From Malacoraja senta (taxonomy: Eukaryota), in NCBI GenBank assembly GCA_038087875.1, contig JAXLNO010000236.1, positions 1-64,000 of the forward strand: a DNA stretch of 64,000 bases, read 5' to 3'. The translations under genes were made by a program, and so were the position numbers. Below the pieces are notes generated by a model. The model was not told where the DNA came from. It made no database searches and saw nothing but the letters and a program-made list of their open reading frames with translations. Position 1 is the first letter of the stretch; every line of letters begins with the position of its first letter. Positions 52,801 through 64,000 of the stretch are shown piece by piece.

Positions 52801-55505
52801 CGTACAAAAGGGATGAAACACAATAACTTGCCACTTGCATTTAAGCTAATGAAGTGTACGAGGGCTTTACATCATACTAAGTAGTGTTTGGAGTGAAATA
52901 AGGCCCCCAGCATAATTAGTTGTTTTTTGTAAAGTAAGGGGAGGAACCAAGGAGCTTAATTTGGAGTGTAATTCATGGCAGGAGAACTCAGACAGATGGA
53001 AGGGGACTCTTCGAGGTCCATGGGAACCACGTGTGAATAAAGTGTATCCAGCTGCTGCTACTGGTTAAGCATGTCAGAGTTGGAGATGCAGACGGAATCA
53101 CCGTGGAGCATCCCAAACGCTGAGATGTAGATAGTTAATCCTTCCACCGCTTCCTCTGTAACACAGTCATCAATGCAGGTGGTGGGGTAGCGCTGGTAAT
53201 AAGTGATAACATTAGTAGAGATGCGAGAGACAATCTAGGCTCAGGAGTCCATTTTGAAGGTTAGAAACAACAAATAGATTCACAAACAGTAGCCAATTGA
53301 AAGAAAAAGGACAAAAGAAACAGGAGATAATTATGGAAGACTTTAATCTTCCTGCTGATTAGGTTAATTAATTTGGAAACGGTTACTATGAGAATAAATT
53401 TAGAATGCATGCAAGATTGTTTCCTAGATCAATACGTTACAGAACCAACTGGGGAAACAGGCTCTCCTGAATCTGGCAAAGCATAATGAGGCAGGTTAAA
53501 TGAATCTCAGGATTACAAGATCCCCCAAGAAAGTAGCAATCACAATATGATGGATGTTGTATTCCATACGGGGGGGGGGGGAGAGAGAGAGACTTGGGCA
53601 AGAAGCAACTGAGGTTAACTTATGAAAGGAATTAGAGAGTTATGAGGATAGGGTTGGCTAAATAGAAGCATGCAGTGGCAGACATTGCGAGGTCACTCCT
53701 GACAGCCAGCAAAAAAAATATCCCAGTAAAGAGGCAAGATTCCAAAGTAGCAATGAAGCAACCATGGCTAACCAAGGAAGTGACAGGGCATAAAAATAAA
53801 AGAGATAAAACAAAAAGGTAACAGTAGACGTTAAGACTGAATTCTGGATCCAGCAAAGGAAGACCAAAAAAAAGGAAAATAAATTGAGGACAAACGAGTA
53901 AAGAATATTTTTTTTAAACAGACAATATAAAAAAACAGTACATAAAGGAAGACAGAAATGTACGTAAACATTTCTCTCCACAGAGGATGTGGGGAAAGTG
54001 TTTTCGGGAACAATTAAGCTATAGAGGAGTTAAACAGATACTTTGTACCAATTTTTAATGGTAGGGGATACTATGAACTTCCGGGGGTGGAAGATTGCAA
54101 CCTTCACGTGGTCCGCCCTGTTTCGACGAATGCAATCAAATAGAACAAGTTGTCCTACAGAAGGGTTTCGGCCCGAAACGTTGCCTATTTCCTTCGCTCC
54201 ATGGATGCTGCTGCACCTGCTGAGTTTCTCCAGCATTTTTGTGTACCTTCAAGTTGTCCTACAACTTTAGGCTGTGCACGCCATACGCAAGAAGAAGCTA
54301 TGAGCTTCCCATTAATACTAAATAAAGCTGAAGGAATTAAATACCATCACTAGAGAATAGGTGCCAGGCAAACTAATGGGCTAAATACTGATGTCTTCTG
54401 GCCCCGGATAGCTGGCATCCTCAGATCCTAAAAGAAGTGGCATCTGAGATAGCGGAAGCATTGGTAAAAATGTTGCAAAAATCCTTAGGCACCAGAGGAT
54501 GGAAAAAATTGGTAATGTGACATTGTTAAAAAAAAAACAAGACAAAAACGTAGGCCGATCGGCCTTGCATCTTGGAAACATATCAATTAAATCAATCAAT
54601 TAAAAGCAAAACATTTGAATTATCATAATCTAATCAGGCAAAGTCAGCACAGCTCCATGAATGGGAAACAGAGTCCAACTAATTTATCAGATTTTTTTTC
54701 CCAGGGCATCAACAAGAGTAGACAGATGTGTTTAGACATTTGACAAGGTATCGTATGAGAGGTTACATCACCAGAGCCTTTGGTGGCAGAAGTGACAGAG
54801 GATTGACTAAGGATCAAGCAGCAGCACGTTGTGTTAAGGTGGTCATTTTTAGATTGGCAACCTGTGAGCAGTCAGGGACTGTTTACAATATGTATTCATG
54901 CATCCTACCATCAAGCCTATTCCGTATCCAATTAGCTGCCACTCCCTGGATCCCATGTGACCCATCCAACATCCCAGAATAGTCTACCTCAAAGGTTTTG
55001 TTAAAAGTCAATATAGATTATGTCTACTGCCCGACCCTCGTTGGACCTTCTTGGCTGCTTCAAAAACTCAAAGTCATGAGACAAAAAACTCAGATTCGTG
55101 AGGCAAGGTTTTCGTGAGACCAAAAGGTGCTGTGAACTGCAGAGCAGTTTCCAGCAAGCAATTCATTGATGGAAGTATTGTATATTAAAGGCTACAAACA
55201 CAAAGGGTGTCAGGGGTTATAGGGCGAAGGCAGAAGAATGGTGTTGAAGGGAAAGATAGATCAGCCATGACTGAATGGCGGAGTAGACTTGATGGGCCGA
55301 GTGGCCTAATTCTATGCCTAGAATTTAGGGAATTAATCTGTCAATTGCCAACATATCATCTTACCTTCATTATCCAGGTCATCAGTCTCATCTGCCCAGC
55401 TGACTGGCTTCGAGGGAATGTAGACTGGGGTATTCCCTCCGCCATCCTCTGCCAGAAAGTCGGTCAGGGTCAAAGTCTTTCCCTTTCCCTTCTGCTTCTT
55501 CTTCC
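31786..55505 (-). CDS. EIF4B: Eukaryotic translation initiation factor 4B, 5'-partial spliced CDS (exons 2-15, 1835 nt in window; exon 1 not found in window)
   Basis: 14 exons with AG/GT boundaries join in frame. They encode [12 protein letters not shown]...SWADETDD, the RRM ([19 protein letters not shown]), a DRYG-like region, [39 protein letters not shown] and C-terminal [11 protein letters not shown], all matching eIF4B motifs as recalled. Confidence 0.97.
32418..32508 (+). mobile_element. Solo Penelope terminal unit in EIF4B intron 14
   Basis: Flanked by TATCTACCA at 32409-32417 and 32509-32517. Confidence 0.78.
32817..32886 (-). CDS. EIF4B: EIF4B exon 14 (70 nt): [23 protein letters not shown]
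   Basis: gcacag| acceptor, CCT|gtaagt donor; EPKK motif. Confidence 0.92.
32962..33125 (-). ncRNA. Candidate intronic H/ACA box RNA (orphan) in EIF4B intron 13
   Basis: Hairpin - AAATAA (H box, 33052-33047) - hairpin - ACA + 3 nt; first upper stem closes 14 nt before the H box; host-sense. Folded by eye only. Confidence 0.42.
33340..33463 (-). CDS. EIF4B: EIF4B exon 13 (124 nt): [11 protein letters not shown]...[10 protein letters not shown]
   Basis: ttttag| acceptor (in-frame alternative 18 nt upstream), CAG|gtctgt donor. Confidence 0.87.
34869..34906 (-). CDS. EIF4B: EIF4B exon 12 (38 nt): [12 protein letters not shown]
   Basis: tcttctatacag| acceptor, CAG|gtatgg donor; its phase 2-1 is required to join exons 11 and 13. 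Confidence 0.88.
35500..35749 (-). CDS. EIF4B: EIF4B exon 11 (250 nt; 244 nt if the CAG acceptor giving start 35743 is used): [11 protein letters not shown]...[10 protein letters not shown]...SLR
   Basis: Two in-frame acceptors 6 nt apart; CAG|gtatag donor. Confidence 0.9.
35870..36162 (+). mobile_element. Near full-length V-domain SINE (HE1-like)
   Basis: A box, B box GGTTCGATCC, V core TTCTCTCCGGGTGCTCCGGTTTCCTCCCAC, CR1-type tail. Confidence 0.88.
37582..37779. mobile_element. Harbinger-type MITE, right end truncated
   Basis: GGGCCCGACCCACTT start; subterminal GATTTTTTCGCCGACTGCC / GGCAGTCGCCGAAAAAATC inverted pair. Confidence 0.65.
38050..38569. mobile_element. PIF/Harbinger MITE with internal CGACTA-type microrepeats
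   Basis: TIR AGGGGCTGTCCCACTTGGG; TTA TSD on both sides. Confidence 0.9.
39083..39177 (-). CDS. EIF4B: EIF4B exon 10 (95 nt): [31 protein letters not shown]
   Basis: tgtag| acceptor, GAG|gtaaca donor; HPSWRSE motif. Confidence 0.94.
39320..39650 (-). mobile_element. CR1-type LINE 3' end
   Basis: Reverse complement of the shared CR1 tail and [13 protein letters not shown] remnant. Confidence 0.75.
41490..41777 (-). mobile_element. V-domain SINE
   Basis: B box, V core and (CTAAA)n tail. Confidence 0.85.
41973..42216 (-). CDS. EIF4B: EIF4B exon 9 (244 nt): [11 protein letters not shown]...[28 protein letters not shown]...PRER
   Basis: ccttag| acceptor, AAG|gtaagc donor. Confidence 0.96.
42944..43117 (-). 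CDS. EIF4B: EIF4B exon 8 (174 nt), DRYG region
   Basis: ttttag| acceptor, GAG|gtaaca donor; [13 protein letters not shown]...DYRGGGDRY. Confidence 0.94.
43640..44110 (-). mobile_element. Old CR1-type LINE 3' fragment
   Basis: [16 protein letters not shown] / TRGHKF remnants on the minus strand. Confidence 0.65.
44430..44540 (-). CDS. EIF4B: EIF4B exon 7 (111 nt), DRYG region
   Basis: ttccag| acceptor, GAG|gtgagc donor; [19 protein letters not shown]. Confidence 0.93.
45752..45886 (-). CDS. EIF4B: EIF4B exon 6 (135 nt): [28 protein letters not shown]...DSFGD
   Basis: attcag| acceptor, ACA|gtgagt donor; TDWRARP motif. Confidence 0.94.
46443..46497 (-). CDS. EIF4B: EIF4B exon 5 (55 nt): [18 protein letters not shown]
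   Basis: ctttag| acceptor, AAG|gtgtgg donor; end of RRM. Confidence 0.95.
46545..46980. mobile_element. GC-rich DNA-transposon fragment with a long internal inverted repeat (46754-46962)
   Basis: Arms of about 77 bp; ends CTATGATCTTTG, like the terminus of the 28-bp insert; left end unresolved. Confidence 0.55.
47491..47607 (-). CDS. EIF4B: EIF4B exon 4 (117 nt): [39 protein letters not shown]
   Basis: taaag|ATC acceptor, GAG|gtagag donor; RNP1 KGFGYAEF. Confidence 0.96.
48390..48595 (-). CDS. EIF4B: EIF4B exon 3 (206 nt): [13 protein letters not shown]...[26 protein letters not shown]
   Basis: gctag| acceptor, AAT|gtaagt donor; contains RRM RNP2. Confidence 0.96.
49612..51017 (+). mobile_element. 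Decayed IR/DR Tc1 transposon (DD34E transposase pseudogene, about 50011-50808)
   Basis: TA|CAGTGCATTCAGAAAGTATTCA terminal repeats of about 210-220 bp with inner direct repeats; [14 protein letters not shown] and SPDLNPIK (catalytic E to K); frameshift and internal deletions. Confidence 0.95.
53100..54860 (+). mobile_element. Heavily decayed CR1-type LINE body with nested insertions
   Basis: [23 protein letters not shown] and QSQHS remnants in register with CR1 ORF2. Confidence 0.6.
54083..54297 (+). mobile_element. Short (GAA)n-tailed retro-insertion, interrupted by a Penelope terminal unit (54160-54249)
   Basis: Outer TSD CTATGA[A/G]CTTCC; inner TSD CAAGTTGTCCTACA. Confidence 0.75.
55365..55505 (-). 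CDS. EIF4B: EIF4B exon 2 (141 nt): [46 protein letters not shown]
   Basis: ttctag|GG acceptor, AAG|gtaaga donor, phase 1-1; not in the ORF track, read manually. Confidence 0.95.
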
Positions 55506-57516
55506 CTAGAAACAGGAGACAGAATTACAAAACAAAAATTGAAAACTCACTTGCAACATTAATATGCGGCATCAAGGAAACATTATTTTCCCGCTCGGGT
55601 ACCTGGGTTGACATTTTGATTGCCTCCTCCACTCCAAAAACACAACTGGATGTACACACATTCCCTGGAGCAGGTTTACACAGAAATTCTCAATACTGAA
55701 GAACTGCTCCTTAGATAACTGACATAACCTTGAAAATAACTTTTCTCTGCCAATGAGGTTTAAGGCAGGTTTTTTTCATTACAGAGCTCCTGTACTGCAA
55801 ATTTCTACAATGATAAAGGGTGAACCACCTCCAGTTTAAATTCCATTTGGAATATTTTGGAGGACCAAGAAACCAGCAAAGGTGGCAGAACAAGAAACAG
55901 AAAATGTAAACAGTCTCCATTAGAAAAGGCAACCATGAAAAATAACCAAAAGGCAGTTCAGAAAATAAGAATCAATTCCGCACCTGCTCCCCATTTCTCA
56001 GGAGGGGGCAGGGGGGAGCTCATATAGGCCCGTTTAAAGCAGGTTTCTAAAGATGAAGAGACTTCAGTGTAAAGCCATCAAGAAACTAAATGACCCAAGT
56101 CAGGGGATCCAACAATGAAAACTTGGCATGGCACACACCGAGTCTACAGAGCACACGTGTACAGCTTGATGCTTTGCTGTACTACCACTTTGGAGAATAT
56201 ACAGATGAATTGTAGATACATGTCAATTTCCCTCCTTCATGCATCAACAGACCCACTGTAACTTGCTCAAGTGATCTGCTTTAGGTGCTTGGTCTTCTAA
56301 GATGTAGGATCTTAAACTCCTATCATATGCTCTTCCAAAAATCACAATGCCTTGTGCTATTTTGGACACGGCGGGGTGGATTTGACAGCTGCTGTGGGGC
56401 TGCAAGCACCTTCTGCTGTGTGGGAACATAGTTTGCAGACGCATTTCTGACTCATGAACTGTTAGGGTTTTGAACAGTTCTCAGGAACAGAACCCTGCCG
56501 TAACCTAGGATGGACCTGTAAACTCTCTGGTAGGAAAACAGAATCTCAAATATCAGAGTTAGAAGGAGTCCAACGTCAATGTATAGGCAAGCATGTGTAA
56601 ACTGAAAGAGAACCAAACTTTAATAGAGATTAAGAATGAGAATTTCAGTCATCAAGACTTATCCAGCTTACATGCAAACTTCACACTAAATGAAAGACAG
56701 TGTACCATAATGAAATAGTGTTCAGGAAATAGATTCAGGATTGAATACGTTTTATATTTTAAAATAAAGGGCAGGAATTGAAGAATGAACCATCCTGGTC
56801 CAAAGCAGTTCTACTGCAAAAAAAGAGCAACTAGTAGTTTGCAACTGAGGTACTCAAACTAAAGATGAAAAAAATCTTAGGTAGACAGGCACTCACTTCA
56901 ATTATTCTAAATTATTACATTTTATGCTTACAACCAAATGACTATGCATATATGCTTTAATTATGTCACAACCAATGCTACCTTTTCAAACACGTTTATT
57001 AAACAACTGACCATATCAAGCGACAACAAATAATTGCAGTTCCAAATCGATCAACAGATGCGCAAGATCACTCTTTCGTGAAAGATGGTAGCTTGGGTAG
57101 GCCTAAACCACCAACTTATCTGCAGTTATAAAAACTTGCCACTCATTATAGTCAACTGCTCACGGTAAGCATTCTCTGTTACAGTAAACCAAGACTCAAG
57201 AACACAATGCAAGTTACGAGATGGCAAATATAAATCACATTGGGACTGCACAGTGCCCCATGTCTCAGTCCTTTCTGGGATCACAGCCTGCCAGATAATA
57301 AAACCTGCTGGGTCACATTTCCTATAAGCGGTCACTGACCCTTAGGTTAACGATTTAAAACAATTCACCACAAACTGCAAATCAACTCTTGGGGAGTTGC
57401 AAATAAGAAAAGTGTATAGAATTAACTGCTTCAGGTTCAAACAAAAAAGTGAGGTTCTCTGTCTCCTTTATAATTGGAGTATTATTGTGCTCGTGTTCTT
57501 TCCTATTCTTTTTAGA

Positions 57517-58678
57517 CTCTACTCCGCACTGGACCACTTGGACAATAAAAACGCTTACGTCAGGCTGTTGTTTATAGCTCGGCGTTTAATACCATCATCC
57601 CTTCCAAGCTGGTTACCAAGCTCACGGAATTGGGCCTCTGTGCATCCTTCTGCAATTGGATCCTTGACTTCCTCATCCACAGATCAGTCTGTTCGAATTG
57701 GAGGAACCACTTCATCCTCAGTAACAAGGCTGCGTGCTCAGCCCCCCTGCTGTACTCACTCTATACCCATGACTGCATAGCCAGACATAGTGCGAACTCC
57801 ATCATCAAGTTCGTCTAGGACACCACTGTGGTTGTACGAATCACAGATGGGGACAAGTCAGAGTATAGAAGTGAGATCAACCGACTGACCAAATGGTGCC
57901 AGCACAACCTGGCTCTCAACATCGGTAAGACCAAGGAACTGATTGTGGACTTTGGTTAGGGAAGGATGAGGACCCACAATCCTGTTTATATCAACAGGAC
58001 GATGGTGGAGAGGGTCAATAACTTCAAATTCCTAGGCGCGCATATTTCCGAAGATCTTTCCTGCACCCAGCACACTGATGCAATTATAAAGAAGGCACAT
58101 CAGCGACTCTACTTCCTGAGAAGATTACGGAGATTTGGCATTCTCCTAAACTTCTACAGGTGCACGGCAGAGAGCATTCTGACTAGTTGCATCGTGGCCT
58201 GGTTCGGCAACTTGCACATCCAGGAGCGAAAAAGACTACAAAAAGTTGTGACCACTGCCCAGTTCATCACTGGCTTTGACCTCCCCACCGTCGAAGGCAT
58301 CTATCATAATCGCTGCCTCAATAAGGCAGCCAAAATCATCAAGGGCCCACACCATCCTGGCCACATACTCATCTCACAATTGCCATAAGGAAGAAGGTAC
58401 AGGAGCCCGAAAACAGTAACGTCCAGGTTCAGGAACAGCTTCTTCCCTACAGCCATCAGGCTATTAAACACAACAACGAATAAGCTCTGAGCTCTGAACT
58501 GCAAAAGACCATATTATTATTTGTTATTTGCACTATGTTATTTATTGAACTTTTTCTTTTTTTCTCTTCCCCCGTTATGTACAATGTTTACATATTCAAA
58601 TATTCTGTTGTGCTGCAGCAAGTAAGAATTTCATTGTCCCATCCGGGACATATGACAATAAAACATTCTTGACTCTTG
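57517..58678 (+). mobile_element. 5'-truncated Rex1/Babar-type LINE (RT pseudogene plus 3' UTR)
   Basis: [45 protein letters not shown] (broken FADD), KKAHQRLYFLRRL; AATAAA and CTTGACTCTTG tail. Confidence 0.9.
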
Positions 58679-61389
58679 TTATATTGCATCATTGCATTAT
58701 TTCAAAACAGCAGGGGAATTTTCCCCACAGAGACTAGGCCACTATTTATCCCTTAATAAGCATCAATAAAAGAGGAGGGGGGGGGGGGGTGTCATTATTG
58801 TTTAGCTGCTGCAGGATCATGCTGTCTGCAAACTAGCTGCTGCATCATGCGTATTACAACAGCGACTGCACTTCAGTTCAGTATTTAATTGGCTAGAAAG
58901 GTGTATTGGGACTTCAAGTCCATAAAGCTACTGTATAAATGGAAGTTTCTTTTGAAAAAGGTACATTAAAACCCATATCTGGACGAGTTTACCCAATGCA
59001 CAAACTTCAAAAATTCTTAACCCTCTCATATCTTCCCTTTTCTAACATTGAAGGTACAATCCACATGCAATAAATATTACAACAATCATAATCATAAGTA
59101 GTTGCGTGGTGTCGCACTTTAGGTTCAACCCACTAATATTGCTTTCATAAAAACCTTGTTATCCCGTTAAATTTATTATTGCACATTATACATCTTCAAG
59201 CTTTCATTTCAGTGAATTGCTAATTTAAATGAAAAAGAAAATAGATGTATCAAACTGCAAAATTAGTGGAATGTGGCATTTTATTTAACGAGGAAAAAGT
59301 ATTGTAAGGCTCTGCTGAACCAGCAGACATTTATGTACATATTCATTCAACCACAGTCCACAGAAATATTTGCTTTTATCTGCTAAGAACACTACAGCAC
59401 AGGAACAGGCCCTTCGACATATAACACCTAGTTTATTAATACTGACTTGCTTTCTAATTTTTGAGTAGCCTTACAGAAAGTGACCACCCTACAGTTTTAC
59501 CCTTGGAGCTCCCCATTTGCTGACTTTGGAAACTGCCCCGGAAGAAGCACTCGTGATACAAAAGGGCACGTTACAATGGGAATTCAATGGAATCAGCATT
59601 TTTATTATTATAATAGATATTTCTAAACAGCTTTTTAGTTGGGAAATTAGCTAGGAATCAAACATCTCTCGTCAATATTTGTCTTCACATCACTCCAGAT
59701 ACAAAACCCACCATTTTACCAATAATATGCGGCAAAAAAAGACTTCTCTAATTGTTAAAAAATAACACGTTTTTTGAAAGACTTCAATTCGAAAGGAACG
59801 AACAACTTTCTTGCTAACAAAATGCCATTACAGAAATTATTCCCATCACAAATGTATTGAATAACGTAACTGCTCGTAGTTTAGTCAAGTAAGGTGCCCC
59901 GTTCAACATACAGCTTTTTGAAACAATGACAAATTAGTTCAATCCTATCAGTTAAATAATAACTAATCCTATTTTCATTTTTTTCTAAGTTTATCATGTG
60001 AAATAATTGTTATGCTGTTTGTTTAGGGTCAGAGGTCAAATATGACTGGTCACGTGTGTGAGATCACACAAAAGCATTTTTTTTTCCATAACTCAGTTTT
60101 ATCTTGCAAACTCTTGTGAATTATAAAAAGCTAGAATGTTCATATCTTTAGCAGACATGCATTATAGTTCTGTAGGTAGGAAAATAGCCATGAATAAGAT
60201 TAATCTCTTACAATAATTTTTTGATATATTACTTTATGTGATGCCAACGTGTGTGACATTTGGGTTCACTTTCCAAAGAATGGCCCAATAGCTGAAAACT
60301 GCAATAAACGCATAGAATAAATGGGATCTTCCCATGCTTAAATTGAATACAGCAAAAAACACAGAAATATTACACACTTTAAGACATAACATTTGAAGGC
60401 TTAAAGACATCACAATATTTTTTGGAGGAAGTGGTATGTAATTATGTACAGAAAACAACGGTTAGGAATGAAAGGTTACAACTTGCACAACAGCAAGGAC
60501 AGGCACAAATGCTGCAGGATGCTCAAGCAAGATAAACGAATCCAAGGTGATATCCAGATGGCAGCATCATTTCACTGATCAGAATTGTTTCAATGTTGCC
60601 ACAGGACAATGTTATGAATTATTAGCACATTTTATATTCATTTATTATTGGTGCACCACGACTTATGAATTTAAAGTGGAGTAGGAGGCCCCTCAACCCA
60701 TTTAATAAGCCCACTGTATTCTGATCTACCGATGCAATCTTTTACCCTCATGCTTATCAAATATCAATGTACCCTTGCTTTAAAAAAAATATTCAAAGAC
60801 TGCGTCCACAGCCTTTTAGGAACAGGTCACCAGCTGCAGTAACATTCATTCTGGTGGACTGCTGGAGTAATCTTACTGTTGAGCTCATGCTCAACTTTAG
60901 CCTATATTCAAGTTTAGTACTAGGAATCTGTGGAACATATTAAAACAAGGCTCACTGTTTCTTCGATGCTAAATAGGACAAGTTGCACAAAGTTTGGCAG
61001 AAGATTACACTTATACTTGGATTCTATTGAATTAACAACTTAAAATGTTACAAAAGATAATACAGCAATCGTTTTTAAAGTATAAAACATTAACTACAAA
61101 TATTTGTGGGAGTAGATATTGTACAAAACCTCCCCTAATCTATTGTCAACGTTCTACTGCAGGGGTCTGATAAGTGATCGGTGATCATTCACTCATCTCA
61201 CTGTCGTCGCCCAGTGTTACATCACATATTTGTGACACAACACTGGGTAACTTCACAAAATGTCTGCTCCCTGATTTTCTCCAACAAACAGTATTTTTAA
61301 ATTATGACAAACCAACTGGGTCAGCCAGTCACTGTGACCGCGGAACTCAGAATGTGCTCCCCTTTTTCAAGGAAACAAAAAACAAATAC

Positions 61390-62040
61390 TGACTGAGTGA
61401 CTGCTATGTGGAGTGCCATTGTTCAGCAAACATGGCTGACCCAAGCTCCCTTTTGCCTGCCAGTTCAATTCTCCTGCCCATTCTAAACTATCTGTGACCT
61501 CCTACATTGTTGATATGAGGTACATAAGAAAACGCAAGCTTCGGAAACAGCACGTATGGGCACATTGGACTCAATATTGAATTTGAAAACTTCAGGTAAC
61601 TTGCTCTCTATTTACATCAGAACTGCCCTGTTCTGCTGTAGGTTATCCAACTACAATAATGGCTGTTATCCCCTCTGTTAGCACCACCTGGTCTGCTTCA
61701 CATTCCGTACACCTCCACATACCTCTATGTTCTCCAATTGCCCTCATCTCATATCTTTTAAATTTTCTTATTTCATTTTATATCTACTTTCTCTCATTGA
61801 CACATCAGCTAAACTTTTTCAAGAGTTTATCCACATGGCAATCCTGAACTCGCCCTTTCAGAAATACTTCCTTTGACCTATCATCCCTCTGCCACTTAAA
61901 GCCAACCTGTTTTCTTTCCCAGTTCTGGCAAAATATCTGGAAACTGAAATTTTTACGTATTCTTTCCACAGATGCTATCTGACCTGCTGCTCATTACCAG
62001 AATGTGTTATTTCAGATCTCCGGCATCTTCAGCTTTTACT
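61390..62040 (+). mobile_element. Old Penelope-like remnant with degenerate terminal unit
   Basis: Weak similarity to 26100-26330 and a CAGATGCTATCTGACCTGCTG terminal block. Confidence 0.45.
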
Positions 62041-64000
62041 TGAAAAGTTGAGTACCATTTTAAACTCAAACGCTGGGAGCAAATCCCATGACTAAACTAT
62101 ATTGAGAAAAGTTTCCCATTTTCCTTTAATCCTACTTTCAGAATTAAATTTGTATCCGTCAATTAATCTTGCCTCAACTGGAAACCATCTTTTCTACTAG
62201 CATCATTCCTCCCAAAATTTACGTTTTATATTCATACTGTCCTGCAATTTGATTGAACAGGACTAATTCTCTCCACTGCAGAGGCTGAGCATTGACTCTG
62301 ACAAATCCCAGGGACTCCCTCTGGACCATAATCCAACTCAGCCTCAAGCTACCTTTGCCAGCTATCACTGACCTGGGCTGCCTAGTTATACCTCCTCCTC
62401 AAAATCCACAGGCAAAAATCACCGTGGTAGATCAAAGGGCACAAAATGCTGGAGTAACAGTGGGCCAGGCAGCATCTCTGAAGAACACAGCTAGGTGACA
62501 TTTCGGGTTGGGACCCTTCTTCAGCCCTGGTAGATTTATTGGTTCAGCCTATTCACTTTCTCTTGATTCCACTCTTTCCCTAAAAAAAAAAAAGGATGTC
62601 ATCTTGGAAACCATTTGTAAGATTCCCTCTGACACCCCTCAGTCTGCTGAACTCCTATTCTCCTTCCCAGAAGACCTTCCATTGCAAATGTAAACCTTTT
62701 TAACCTTCTCTCCTTCCATCTCTCAGAGCCCCAAACGTATTGTGCATCTCTCAGAGCCCCAAACTTATTGCGCATCCTTCACTTTATCTTACCGTATTTA
62801 ATACTCTAGATGTCTCCAGTGTAGAGGAGGCCACAAGAGTAGAGTGGGTGACCACTTTTAACAACTCCATTTTGACTGCAAATAATGCAGTCTCCACCAG
62901 CAGTTGCCTTAACTCATGGTTAAAAAAAAACCTGGATTAAAAATTGACAACAATTTCTACCCCAGCACACCATGAAACACTGAAATGACCATTTAAAACA
63001 GGCCATGAGCTGAGAAGAAATGAAGCTGTCCAAGTAAATAGATGCAGTTGCAATTTAACCTACGTGTTCTTCCCTGAAACCACGGTGTGACTGTCAACAA
63101 GATGTACAAGTTAACACATAACAAAGATGGTTTGAACAAGTCAGGGTTAGGTCCACTGAAGCCTTTGAAAATGTAAAAACAGAATTATGACAAGAGTAAA
63201 TCCCAGTCAGAAATGTTTAGAACACTGATAAGTTCAGATGTTGTCATGATCAAAATGTTTTTGTTGTGCTAATGGACATCGAAGCTTTCCCGTATCAAAC
63301 AGATCATGGTCGTACAAACATGACGGTACAATCAAAAAGGGCAACAGTTTTACTGAGAAACACAAGTATGATTAAAAATAAAAACTTGTATCTGTTTAAT
63401 CAGTAATATTGAGAAATTTGCACTGAAAGTTCTTGGTCACCTGAAACTTAGCGTTTTGAATCTAAAAGCCAGAGTTGAGAGGAAAGTTGGGAGACTTGCA
63501 AAGCAGAAGGAAATAGAAGGCTTTGGACCCAAGTCTGAGGCTTAAAGACACCGGGAGCCAAGTCAGGCAAGCAAGCACGGGGTTGAGGGGGGGAATGATG
63601 CATGATAGGATAAGGACTGCGAAGATTTTGATGGCGTAGAGGGCAGAAAATGGACGCTGACAAAGAGAATTTGAAGAATAAAATATGGAAGTGGAAAAGG
63701 CACGGCTGAAGTTCTCAGATGAGCGTGACTGTGAAGAAGGATGATGCTGCAGAGTTTGAAGTGGATTTATTTTGTGAAAGATCAGATACATCTCAACACT
63801 TGGCTCAGGGTCAAACAGGATACAGTGACTGCAGTCTGTTTCTGCCTGAGACAGAATAGGGTTGCGTTGTGTGAAATTAGTTGCTAAGGGAGTCGTTCCA
63901 AAGAAGATGTCTTTGGCCTTCCCAATGTTTAATGGAAGGACAATTCTTCTGGATAACGAGATCAGCCAGTAGACGGGATGAGAGAGTTGGCAGCAAGGCA

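Noticed and set aside
55506-64000. EIF4B exon 1, or a poison exon at the GTGAGT donor near 55550
   Set aside because: No CpG island or ATG-bearing MAAS-type exon found; that donor would leave an intron of only about 45 nt.

Overview
Vertebrate genomic DNA; the repeat content (V-domain/HE1-type SINEs, CR1/HER1-type and Rex-Babar LINE fragments) points to a cartilaginous fish, probably a skate or ray (inference). Two intron-containing genes lie in tandem on the minus strand. EIF4B has coding exons 2-15 at 55505-31786 with all splice phases consistent; exon 1 was not found and is probably right of the window. PYM1/WIBG is complete at 24801/24345-17036, with two alternative ATG-bearing first exons in a CpG island. 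The rest is repeat-rich: Penelope-like elements and many solo ~90-130 nt terminal units carrying minimal hammerhead-ribozyme motifs, a 66-bp minisatellite built from that unit, Harbinger MITEs, a decayed IR/DR Tc1, a Helitron end, and LINE/SINE fragments. Best leads: an orphan H/ACA-like RNA in EIF4B intron 13; hammerhead mini-elements with their own target-site duplications; a 28-bp hAT-like insert in a hammerhead core; a fold-back templated insertion in PYM1 intron 2; and a possibly frameshifted secreted-protein first exon at 6.7-7.0 kb. Human protein comparisons are from recall, not from a search.
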